Part shown: positions 51,059-62,881 of the stretch, in pieces | Numbering within the stretch: position 1 is the stretch's first letter | Layout: each line of letters opens with the position of its first letter | Assembly: GCF_006345805.1 (NCBI RefSeq) | Contig: NC_043007.1 | Location: forward strand, 63,674,001 to 63,738,000 | Source of the DNA: Octopus sinensis | Lineage: Eukaryota | Length of the DNA stretch: 64,000 nucleotides | Reading direction: 5' to 3' | Position numbers and translations under genes: made by a program | Notes under the pieces: model-generated | Database searches by the model: none | Seen by the model: the letters and a program-made list of their open reading frames with translations, nothing else | Told to the model about the DNA's origin: nothing

Positions 51059-51286
51059 TTAGCCCTTTTGTTACCATATCTATTCTGAGATGCTCTATGT
51101 TTCTTTCAATTAATTTTCAGTATAACAAAAAATTTAGTAAAATAACTTAGTTATCATTAAGCTGGTATTAGGAACAAATTGTGACTAAGGTTTGGTGGAA
51201 GATTTTAATTCAAAACTTATGAAAACAAGACATTTGTGCTACAGAGCCGGAGGTAGTTTCAGTCGGGTTGGTATCGAAAAGGTTAA
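51059..51286. mobile_element. piggyBac-type MITE
   Basis: Ends ttagcccttttgttacca ... tggtatcgaaaaggttaa resemble the 22078 element TIRs. Confidence 0.6.
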
Positions 51287-51661
51287 TTATAAATGAATTA
51301 AACATTAATTGTTGACAGTTGAACTGAACATTAATTATTGACAAAAATGTCTACAAAGATATCTGATTAATTTTCCAATTATACGTCAGCCAAAAAAAAT
51401 GATAATTAAGTTTGGTTGATAAGTTACTGAGATCATTATTAGAAAATAAATTAGCATGTCATCAGATATGCATTAAGTCTTGAAGGTATATCTTTTATCT
51501 TTTACTTGTTTCAGTCATTGTACTGCAGCCATGCTGGAGCACTACTTGAAGGATTTGATTGAACAAATTGACCTGAGTACTTATTTTTCTACTGATCTCT
51601 TTTGCCAAACCATTAAGTTGTAAGAACATACATAAATCAACACCGTGAAGCAGCAGTAGTG

Positions 51662-51678
51662 AACACACACACACGCAT

Positions 51679-51747
<69 letters not shown>

Positions 51748-51780
51748 CACACACACACCACACACACATACACACACACA
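51662..51780. repeat. (AC)n microsatellite (others at 59481-59531; (AT)n at 55492-55529)
   Basis: Direct inspection. Confidence 0.95.
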
Positions 51781-52120
51781 TATGAGGGGCTTCTTTCAGT
51801 TTCCATCAGCCAAAAACATTCATAAAGCTTTCGTTGGCCTGGGGCTACAGCAGAAGACACTTGCTTAAGTTAACACTCAGTGGAACTGAACCCAAGACCA
51901 CATGGTTGGGAAGCAAGCTTCATAACCACACAGTCACACTTGTGCTTATACATGTGAAAAACTGTAACAATTGTATATGTATCTCCACAGAAGTATTGGC
52001 ATGGTTAGTGAAACCTTTACAATTAAAAAAGAAGTGGATATCTTTGTGAACCCAGAGCTACTACCATACAATATTCTGGTCATTTTAGTAAAGTATTTCA
52101 TTAGAAATAGAAGTGATTAC

Positions 52121-52297
52121 CATTGTCTGTTGACATGGAGAAAGGACAGATTTGTTCCCGGACATTGGTTTTCGTAGAGTTGTGCTTTGTGATACTAATG
52201 AAGGAGTGAGGTTGAATTTTAAATGTTTTGTATCTATTTTCAAATGAAGACTAAACTTTGCTTGGCTGGAACAGTGTAAATAAATCTGTGTTGTTAC
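52121..52297 (-). CDS. FAM194-domain gene exon 4
   Basis: tttcctttcag acceptor, ATG|GTAATC donor; VTTQIYLHCSSQAKFSLHLKIDTKHLKFNL... matches the beta-rich end of the FAM194 domain. Confidence 0.8.
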
Positions 52298-52722
52298 CTG
52301 AAAGGAAACATGCATATACATACATAGTATATTCTAAATAAAAAACAAAAAAAAAGCATAAACTTCACATGTTTTTAATAATCTAATTGTTCTCTACAGC
52401 TGTTTTAATGTAATAATGCACTGGATTTAAATTATGTGGCATCAGTTGTGCTCTTAATAACTGGGGATATATTATTTTATGTTTATACATCTGTTCTATG
52501 TATAGATACATAAATAGCATAAAGATATGATATTTCTAACTTCATTTATATATGTTCACATAAGCTGATTAATGCTTTTTATCATTTCAAAGATTTTAAG
52601 ACTACAGCTATTAATAACATACAGGAGTTGTATCAGTTTAACATATTTCTTGTAATTTACAGTAATACCTATATACCTAAAAAAAAAACTTGTTTTATTG
52701 TACATTTCTTTATTAGTCTTAC

Positions 52723-52828
52723 CTTGTAGTTAGTTTTTGGAACTATTTTGTCTCTGCTCCAAGTGAGGTGTTTAACTTCTGTATAGTTTTCATTGAAGAA
52801 ATAACCTTGACCTTGGCTCACAAACATC
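52723..52828 (-). CDS. FAM194-domain gene exon 3
   Basis: ttattttag acceptor, AAG|GTAAGA donor; MFVSQGQGYFFNENYTEVKHLTWSRDK. Confidence 0.82.
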
Positions 52829-53904
52829 CTAAAATAACAATAACAACTATTATTATTTATAAGGAATTTTCTTACAGACATAAAAATGTTGGCTGGATGA
52901 TGAGCAAATGTGGTTTGATCAGATGTTTGACTGCCATTGCCATCTCATTAGAAATATGGTCTTGAAAGGGTTAACTACAGCCATAACTAACCTGGGGGAT
53001 GAACTTTTAGCACAGAGCCCACATAAATTGAAATTGAAAATATTTTGAAAGGCACACACTGAAATATATGCATTCAAAGTAGATTGTAAGTAAATGAATA
53101 AGACCCACCCTCCTTAGCAAAACTGAGTTCTAGAAATGCAATATTTGGGGTCTTCCACCCATTACAATGACTCCTTCCCTTCATGCACCTACATCCAGCT
53201 CTTCCCTCTCCCTCTCTCTTGTCTGCCCTCTCTTTCCAGCAACTGTACCATCTTTACTACTGCTGCTACACACTATCTCTCACTTTTCTGCATCTCTCTA
53301 CCATCCCCAGCTTATATCTCTAGTCTCATCCCCCCTTTAACCCTACCCATTTTGGCAGTTTGTTACCCCCCATTCACCTTTTCAAGCAATTTTACAAACC
53401 ACGCTCTCACTTCTACTCAGCTTTGTGGAGAAATGGGGGGACAACATGGGTACCTTATCACCATTATCTGTCTTGCAGTGCTTACTGATCACTTTCTCTT
53501 CTGCCCACCCATTGTTTTCTTCATACTAGATGTGAGAACCCATGCATTTCCCTCTGCAAGAATCTGCTCTATCCACCCACCCCACTTCATAATAATCTTG
53601 TCTCCAAGCATGAAGCTGTCACCCCCCCACCACCACACACACACCTACACCAAAGCTTGTAGTCCTGTGAACTGCATAGTGGCATCAATAGTGCAAATGG
53701 CACAAAAGAAATGCACTTAGTCACAGTAAAGTAGTTAACATTAGGAAGGTTATCCAGACACAAAAACCATGTCACAGCAGACACAGGAGCTCAATGCAGT
53801 CCTTGGATAGATTGGTTTTTGTCAAACCATCCGACCCTTGCCAGTTTGGAACATGGATGTTAAATAATGATATTAAATATAAAAAATAACAGACTACTGC
53901 ATAC

Positions 53905-54063
53905 CTGAGGTTTCCATTCTTGTAAAGACACCAACCACAACCATTAGGAAGAAAATTCAGCAAAATTTTATTATTAGGTGCATCATCAAAAGCCAAAGTA
54001 CAAAAGCCTTGAGCTTCATCTTGCCCTCTGAAGCGAATAACAGCAATATTGCCTGATCTGTAA
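53905..54063 (-). CDS. FAM194-domain gene exon 2
   Basis: YYRSGNIAVIRFRGQDEAQGFCTLAFDDAPNNKILLNFLPNGCGWCLYKNGNLR resembles the YYPSGNxA...G.G..Y..NG motif of FAM194 (C3orf20/ERICH6) proteins. Confidence 0.85.
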
Positions 54064-55489
54064 CTAAGAGTTAGGGTCAAGGTGTAATCTGAAAAATGAG
54101 TTCTTTGCATAACTATAATACAGTTGCTACTTGTATTCAAACATAATTCTAATGCAACTTTAAGTGGTTCTAAAATATAATTTAGACATAGGCCTCTTGA
54201 AACAGCAGGTTTTCTTTAAAGGTCATGCCAGCAGTTTGTTTGTCTTATTAAATTATTCTGTTTAATATTTGACTCTAATCTCTTGCTGGTTTTAGTGATT
54301 GGTTACATTTGGTTAGTATTAGTATTTGGTGAATTTAAGTTATTGGGCAATATTTAAGAATATTGCTCAGATGTTGAATGACTTGGTTGAATTTAATGAC
54401 CTCTTCTGGTTTAAGTAATTTTGCTAGCTTTTGACATTGGTAGGCTTTGGCTGACATGTGTGTGTGTGTGTGTGTGTTTATTTCCATGCACGGTTATAAT
54501 AAAAAACTTTATATTAAACAGAAGGATTACTCAATATTTTTTGTAGAGTACATATTTATTATTCATCAGCAAGAAAAGTGATGACAATGACTTTAAAGTT
54601 TTGGCCTGCTTAGCCTTCACAATCATCATCATCGTTTAGCGTCCGTTTTCCATGCTAGCATGGGTTGGACGGTTCAACTGGGGTCTGTGAAGCCAGAAGG
54701 CTTCATCAGGCCCAGTCAAATCTGGCAGTGTTTCTACGGCTGGATGCCCTTCCTAACGCCAACCACTCCGTGAGTGTAAGTGGGTGCTTTTTACATGCCA
54801 CCCATATATATATATATATATATATATATAATGAACTAAATGGAAACAACATAAAGTTTCAAATCTGTTAAGAATCTGTATTAATTTAGAGTCAATCATT
54901 AGCGCTCTGGTATCAGTAGCATGGACCAACTAAAGTATTGAGTGGGACAAGTTGGTAACTACAGGGAAGCCCATTGTGTGTGTGTATGTGTGTGTGTATA
55001 CACATGTTGAAATTCCACATCTTTTGCTTGTCACAAGTTGAGCCATATGGTGATGTTTACATTCATTGTTGACATTTCAACTAGTTGCTCTTCACTTGAA
55101 AAACCTAAGAATTGGTAACAGGATAGGTATTCAGTAGAAAAAAAAATGAAAATGCTGCCTTAGATAGTCCTCACCCATTCCATACCAGTGAAAATGCAGA
55201 TGTTAAATGAACAAACATATATAGATACCTCTATATATTGGAGCGCTAGTACTAGTTCATATAGTATACATAAGTAATCTCTCATAGCTATTTCCTTATA
55301 TCCAAACAAGATAATCCTTCTTGCTTCGGTGCACGTAAGTACACTGCTTTCTTAGGGAAAATCAGCATTCTTTGTCATAGATAACTTGGCCTGTTGAGTC
55401 AATGCTACTGACACCAGAGCCAATGATTAACTCTAAATCAATACAATTCCTTAACAGATTCAAAACTTTACAGTGTTTCCAATTAGCTC

Positions 55490-55532
<43 letters not shown>

Positions 55533-58468
55533 GAGGCACATGGCTCAATGGTTAGGGTGCTGGACTCATAATCATAAGATTGTGGTTTTGATTCCTAGAC
55601 TGGGTGATGCATTGTGTTCTTCAGCAAAACATTTCACATTGCTCTAGTGTAATCCTGTGATGAGCTGGTATCCTATCCAGGAAGGGGTGTATAAACCAGA
55701 GAAATTGGCCCTATGATCCTTATGGAGTAATGTGGACTAACTATATATATATATATATATAAATAAAAAACACTCATCTGGGGCATCATCAGGGCTTTAT
55801 GGTAAGAAGTTTGCTTTACATCAATTCTAGGCTCATCGCCACACATCAACACCTTGGCAAATGTCTTTTACCAGAGACTTGTGGAATTTGGAGGGCAGAA
55901 ACTGTGTAGAGACCCATTGCACATACACATTCAAATACATATATGCTTATCTACTCGACTACCATAGATTGACAAAGAAGTAACAGCCTGAAAGAAGTAT
56001 TAGATTAATATGACTGGCTAAACATTTGAAGGCAGAGCCATATTCTAATGGTTGAAACCAGTAAAAGAATGAAGAAATACAGTTTTTGTTTGTATTGTGT
56101 AGCACAAGAAAAAGACATAAGTATGCAATACAACTTTATGTTTAAGGTGTGTAGTCATATACGTTAATTTATATAAGAAACAAGGATATTACCTCTTGCA
56201 AACTGATTTCGTTCAAGTAGTCTACTGTACATAGCAGCAGGCTTTGAAAGCAATCAGTCAACTAATATTATCAAACCTAGAATGAAACTGCAATTTGTGA
56301 TACTGATGAAGGAGTGAGGTTGAATTTGAAATGTTTTGTATCTATTTGTTTAGCTTGTTTAGCTTAAATAAATTAACATAAGCTGGTGCCTGACTGTATG
56401 AAACAGTGAAGATGTGAGTGTACTGCATAACACTAGTGTGAAAGTAGAATATCTAATTTCCAGTATTTAATCCTGTTTGAAACACAGGGTTCTGACTTAG
56501 AATTCCCGAAAATGTAATGATCACGATTAAAGAAACTTTGGACGCCGTTTTGAGAAAAAGAAGACCACACACACTAAATGTTGGGTTTGAAGTAAAGATA
56601 AAATAATATAAGAATCAAAAACACCAAATGTAAAACTAGAATTCACGTGGTTAAAAGATAAACTAAAAGCAGGTGACTGTCAAGTGGTTGTGTAACATAA
56701 CTATTTGATAGCAAAGTTTGATGACAACTTTATGATAAATCTGGTTAAATTGAGCTTATTGTGAAGAAATTAAAGGACCAGTCTTTTTCATAGACATTGC
56801 ATTCAGTAATTGGACACTAAGTTAAGCTAGCTGGAAAACTAACACATGCGCACAAGCGCACATACATATGTAAGTGAATATAAAACAGCAAAAGAAGATA
56901 AAAAATAATTTTTCTTAAAATCAAACAATTTGAATTAGGTTGTTCTAACCAACTGAATTTCACTTCATTGCTACCAAATTTCAAATAGGTCAATAATAAG
57001 CTTTTTTTTTTTTACCCAATTTTCATGTAAGATACATTTTCATTCCACTTGTTGTCATGCATCTGCTAAACTACAGAACATTTGGTCAATTAAAAAAGTA
57101 AACAATGTTCAGATGGTTCTAATAATGATGTTTAGGATTGACATACATGTACCCATGCATGTGTCTGTCTGTCTTGCCATCCTTTCATCTGTGTATACTG
57201 TGAAGAAGTCTGTTTTGCATATCACATACACACACCACTGTTTTAACATCCACTTTCCCATCATGCTGGCCTTGTGTCAAAATTTGAAGCCAATATAAGT
57301 AAGACGTGAAAATTGTCAACAGGTTTATAGTATAACTAGTGGAGCCTGTGAATATTTAATGGAATTAATGGTAAACCTATTGGGTTATTTCTGAAAACTT
57401 TATCCAAAAAATATGAAAGCATAGCCTGTGTTGTGTCTGTATGGAAGGATAGTCACTCATCTGCTACTCATTGAAAAGTGAAAGAAATTGAAATATGATG
57501 ATTACTTAATGCGCTTTATATATACACTTTGTATACTTTATGGGCAACTTTATAGACTTAATACATAGCACTCATAAAATAAATATTCACTTTTATTTTT
57601 CCATTTTTCTCATAAACAAAAACAATCCTGTACATATGATACAACTGCTATGTAAATAAGCATGAATATTTCATGGAACTGCACTTATGTGCATGCGTTA
57701 TGTGACAGGTGATATAAAAAACTTAGTTGAATTTTAAAAAAATATACTTTTCAGTATCCAACCACCACCACCTCCCTCTCTCTCTTTGCCATTCTTTGAC
57801 CTCACCATCAAAATATCACCCCTCTGCTAAAATTATATCTCTAACTCTCTCTATATCACTACCTTCAAATAACCTTTTTAACCACATAACAAATATTACA
57901 TTTCCCCTACCTCATGTCATGAATGCTTCTCTCTCCCTCTTTTTCTCTATCAGTCTTTATATATATATCTCTCTCTCTCTCTCTTTCTGTCTCACTCTTC
58001 ACCTTATCCCCTTTTTCACTCTCCTCTTTCCCTTCAACTAATCACATGAAAGCATTACAATTACATTCCCTCTACTTCCCATAATGAATGCTTCTCTCTC
58101 CCACTTTTTCTCCCTCCCTTTTTTTCTTTATCCCTCCTTTCTTTTTCCCTTTTTTTTCTCTAATCACATGAAAGTGTTACTGGCAATGACAAGCAGAATT
58201 ATTATAAGATGATAAATATGTAATTCAAGACAGGAGTTGACACTTATAGAGCTACCATTTGTATGTTTACTACATATTTGCTCAAAGTCCCTGTTAAAGA
58301 AATGAAATAAATATAGATTTACCATTCAAGCCTAATTTAGCCATCACTAAATAAAAGTAAAATTTAAATTCAATCATTTTTAAATACAAATTTTGAAAAC
58401 TAAAGGACTACTGACAAAATAACACACTTAGAATTTCTTCTAAATAGATATTGCTACATAAAGGATAC
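54064..58468 (-). other. U12-type (minor spliceosome) GT-AG intron
   Basis: 5' splice site GTATCCTTT; branch point CCTTGAC 13 nt upstream of the 3' end of the intron; phase-2 join gives DGTSVIYYRSGN. Confidence 0.85.
54623..54800 (-). mobile_element. RTE 3' terminal fragment (others at ~18187, ~18433, ~20452, ~27590, ~38100-38410)
   Basis: Reverse complement of 3160-3320, including the (CAT)n tail. Confidence 0.85.
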
Positions 58469-58749
58469 TATATCACAGATGTTCCATCGTCTGTTACAGA
58501 CTTCAGCAATGTTTTCCTGTCATCTTCATTGTAAAATTCCATAATAGGAATATTTGGTATTGGTACATTGTAAAGAGTTAGTGGTTTTGACGATTTCTGC
58601 AGGACTGATCTGTGAGGAGGTTTTAACACAAATTTTTTGTCAAGATTACAACTATATTTTGCTATATGATGATCATCCTCATAGTAAATCCTCATTGGTT
58701 TGAAGCTTGAATGTCTCCTGTTGAGTGTATTAAAAGATGGGTTAAACAT
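58469..58749 (-). CDS. FAM194-domain (C3orf20/ERICH6-like) gene, first recognisable coding exon
   Basis: Open frame MFNPSF...LLKSVTDDGTSVI. An in-frame TAA just upstream of the ATG suggests this is the start. The nine exons sum to 1425 nt (474 aa). Confidence 0.72.
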
Positions 58750-59789
58750 AACTTAGAATGAAACATCTGAAACTTAAAAGAGCAAACATTAATGTTAATG
58801 TTTTTAATTAGGATAGTGAATTGGCAGAATCATCAGCTGAGGTTGACTTTGCCTTCTATCCTTTTGGGGTTGATAAAATAAGGATCAGTTGAACACTGGG
58901 GTTGATGTAATCAACTTATCCACCTCCCTGAAATCTCTGGCCTTGTGCCAAAATTTGAAACCAATATTAATGTTTTCAATGTAGAAAATATGACACATTT
59001 TATTACTAATAAATAACATACTATTACAACACAGTATGAGTAAATATCCTCATTATAACTGAATAATAGTATGCTGTTTTTTATTACAGTAATAATAAAT
59101 TCACAAATTGGAAAGGTGTCAATAAAATGATTCATGGAAATCATTAAAGATGTTTCAACATGAATTCTAAAAATAGATTAAAAGAGCTGCACAAATACTG
59201 AGTACAAATTCCATTTACTCAGTTAATATCCTTTCTAACATAGGCTCAAAGCCTTAAATTTTGAGGTTTGGGGCTTGTCAGTTACATTGACTCTCATGCT
59301 CAATTGGTACTTATTTCATTAACCCTACAAGAATGAAAGGCAGTTGATCTTAACAGAATTTAAAGATGAATGAAATGCTGGGTTAATATGAAGAACAAAT
59401 GCGCCACCCGTAAATGATAACCCATTATCACAATAATGTTAGAAAGAGGATAAAATAAGTCCAAAGACAACTAAAGTCCAACACACACACACACACACAC
59501 ACACACACCACACACACACACACACACACACGATCTGATGCTAGCAAATAAAATTTTTTTTAAATCAGCAAAGTAAATCAACGGAAACATTATTAGCTCA
59601 CATGCTTACTATTATGGGAACGTAACAGCAGATAAATCAGTTGGAAACTAAAAACCAGGTATTTAAAAGGAAAAATCGCATACTCATTGAGAAGGCTACA
59701 GATTAGTGTAGTGAAAAGTATTTTGTGGAACATAAAGAAACATAACTGATTTGGAAAAAGAAAGACAAGTGAAATATAGACAAACAACT

Positions 59790-61590
59790 AGTGTGTATTT
59801 AGAACCAACAATGGAATTAGGCAACAAACAACACTCAATAAGAGGTTTCATGGATGATGTTGCAGTGACAACCACAACCCATGTGGAAGCAGAAAAGGTA
59901 CTGACTTCACTTGAACACATAGCAACATGGGCTAGAATGAAGCTTAAGCCTATGAAATCAAGGTGTATAGTCATCAGAAGAGGCAAATTAACAAACAAAA
60001 TTAAGTTGCCTGTGCAAGGAGAGGCTATTCCTTCAAGAGAGGAAAATCCAATCAAATTCCCTGGGAAGAGGTTTGACAATTCACTCTCTAACAGAAGCAA
60101 TGACACAAATATTGAGAAGCAAGCAGAGGAGTGGCTGAAGAGGATTGAAAGATCAGGGCTTCCAGGAAAATACAAGGCATAGCTCTATCAACGTGGACTG
60201 CTCTCAAGACTCATGTAGTTATTGACAGTGTATGAGATTCCAATGATAAAAGTAGAAAGGATGGAGAGGAAGGTAAACAAATACTTCTGTAGATGGCAAG
60301 GTATCCCCATAAGCTTCACTTCAATAGGCCTGTACATAAGATCTAGACAGCTACAACTTTTCCTGTCATTCGTGGTGAAGGAATTAAAAGTTGTAAAATG
60401 TAGAGTTCTAATGATGTATAGGGACTCCCAGAATGAGCATTTATTGTGGGCAATAAAGAAATAAGAATGAGCATGTCAGACATGCAGATATCACAACAGT
60501 CTGGGAGAAAGTGGGTGGCCAGCACCACATTCGCACAGGCTGAGAGCATGCTGAAGCTATGCAACATCATAGGAATTACATGCAGAGGATGGGAGGATCT
60601 GAGTTCTTCACTTTTCCAACAATAGAAGAGGGTGAATATCGAGGGGAAGAGATCCATGATACAGACAGAAGTACAGAACATGAAGGAAGAAAGAAGGTCA
60701 AGAGCTATGGAGCTGGCATCTCAGGGAGCCTGAACTAAATGGGACCTCCCCAAGAGGAAGGTCACATGGACAGACCTGTGGAGAGTGGAACCTTTCTGTA
60801 TCTCCTGTGGGTGGTGTATGACACACTCCCAACACCAACAAACTGCACAAATGGTTGTTTGAAGTGGGACCAGTTGTGTATACTTTGTGGAGAAAGGGAC
60901 CCTAGAACACATCAAGGTGCAAAATAGCACCTACTCAGAGAACATTCAAGCAGTGCCATGACAAGGTGCTTGCAACATTTGCTCACTCTCTGGAATTGGA
61001 AAGGCTCAAGAAAAGGGGAAAACAATAGCAGCAGTCAAGTATGTGAAAGAAGGAAAAAAGCCAGTGAGGACAGCAAAAAATGACAAATAGCTTACTACAT
61101 GGGTCTCAATCATGGGATATGAAAGTGGATCTAGGGGAGAGACTGCAGCTTCCCCCAGGTCATCAATACAACACTGATGCCAGATGTAGTTCTCTGGTCT
61201 GGAAAGGCAAGGAAAATAATCATGATTGAGCTTACAGTCCCGTGCAAAGAAAGGTGTGATCAAGCCTATGAATTAAGACATATCAAGTATGAAAGTCTTC
61301 AGCAGGATTTGAGGGAGAAGGGATGGCAGTCATGGCTTTTCCCAGTTGATATTGGCTGTAGGGAATTTCCTGCCCAGTCAGTGTGGAAGATATTTACAAC
61401 CACTGGAATGAGAGTAAAAGAGTGAAGAATAGCTGTGTGCAGGATGGGGGAGGTAACAGAAAGAGCTTCTTGCTGGTTATGGAGGAAGAGAGAAGAGGTA
61501 AGCTGGAAGCCAGAAGATAATGATAAGCAGTGACTTAACCACCTCTGCTGGCCCACCAATGGGAGGGTCTTATAGTTCAGGTCACTGATG
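59790..61590 (+). mobile_element. Degenerate Hero-clade (R2 superfamily, RLE endonuclease) non-LTR retrotransposon
   Basis: RGFMDD, WARMKLKPMKSR, IERSGLPGKYKA and RLE motif PDVVLWS...IELTVP...KY...DIGCREF; multiple stops. Confidence 0.85.
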
Positions 61591-62519
61591 ATCATTGGAT
61601 GTTGTCTAATTATGCATAAAGACAGATGTAATGCAGTATATGTTCGAAAGTGAGAGAGCATAAATGAGGCCATAACCCCCATGAAAATTCATGTTTTTTT
61701 GGCTGTTGATGAAATTTTAATCATAGATATTAGATACAAATGAAGTAATATTCCTAAAATTTCAACTTCTTAGGAGTTAGTAAGACCCCTTAATGGGGCC
61801 TAACGCCCACAATTTAGTAATTTTTCGTAAGCCAAGGCGAATACAATTGTAGTCTTGGAAGCTGTGAGTTACCTGAGCATACAAGATGAATGTTATTTGT
61901 AATTCAGTGGTACAACAGTGTAAGAGTTTGCTTTGAGATATGCTTAGCTTGTGATTTCTGCAAATGTGGTGCATAAATTGTCAAGTAATGGAGAATCATC
62001 TTTGCTCCACTGATTCAGTTGCTAAGTGTTATTTTGAGTAAAGTTATTTGGTTGCAGACCTCCTTTGAGTCTTTTTATTATCACTGGCTCACAGATAGTC
62101 CCCAGATAGTAACATTGATTTCAAAGCCTTTCCAGATAAGTGATTGGTAATTCAAAGAGATTTATAGATGGCAAATTTATTCTGTTCAGTTACCTATCAG
62201 CATAGGGATCATTGGCAAACTCCAGAGGTGACACTTTCATTTCCCCTTAGCCCTCATGTTACACAGTTGTTAATGTTTATTTGAGTTCCAATTGCTATAG
62301 ATCTGTAATGCATCTTACGGCTGTGCTGCTCACCTGTATGGTGAGGAATCCTACACTGGGGACTGGTAACGACCAGGGTAGGGTAGCTGACTGCTTATTG
62401 TGATTATTCGTCTTTTGGTTTCCTGTAGCTTTGCTCTCTTTTACAAACCCAGTGAACATTTGTATATTTCCAATTTCAAAGAAATTTGAACAATAGATAT
62501 AAGACACAAGTTAAAAAAG

Positions 62520-62881
62520 ATTCTCAACAATTCAACCTCTCTGGTTGACTTTAAGGCCACACCTACAATAGGGGCCTTAACTCCCACATTTTAGAGCTCC
62601 CTGTGCTCCCTTTTTTTCAGGAGCAAAAAGCCTTTGAATAGGTTTTATAAGATTTGGATTTTAGAATCTGGGCATAAAGATGAGTAGTATGGGATAAATA
62701 TGTCATGATTAGAATTTTTGTTCGGGTGTGTAAAGAGGGAAAGAACCCTCATTAAAATTCTTAATCTCCAATTTTGATGAAATTCGAATCATAGGTATTC
62801 CAGTTCATTAGAGAAAATATAAAAGAAAAGTCTAATTCTTCAATTCCATGTGACACAGGCAACGCCGGGTATCTCTGCTAG
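62520..62881 (+). mobile_element. Helitron-type 3' end
   Basis: GC hairpin (ggcaacgcc) followed by terminal CTAG (62878-62881) and T. The 5' boundary is unclear; related sequence lies at ~61745-61830. Confidence 0.6.

Noticed and set aside
53136-53720. 194-aa plus-strand ORF
   Set aside because: Pyrimidine-rich low-complexity intronic sequence antisense to the FAM194 gene; no recognisable domain or splice support.
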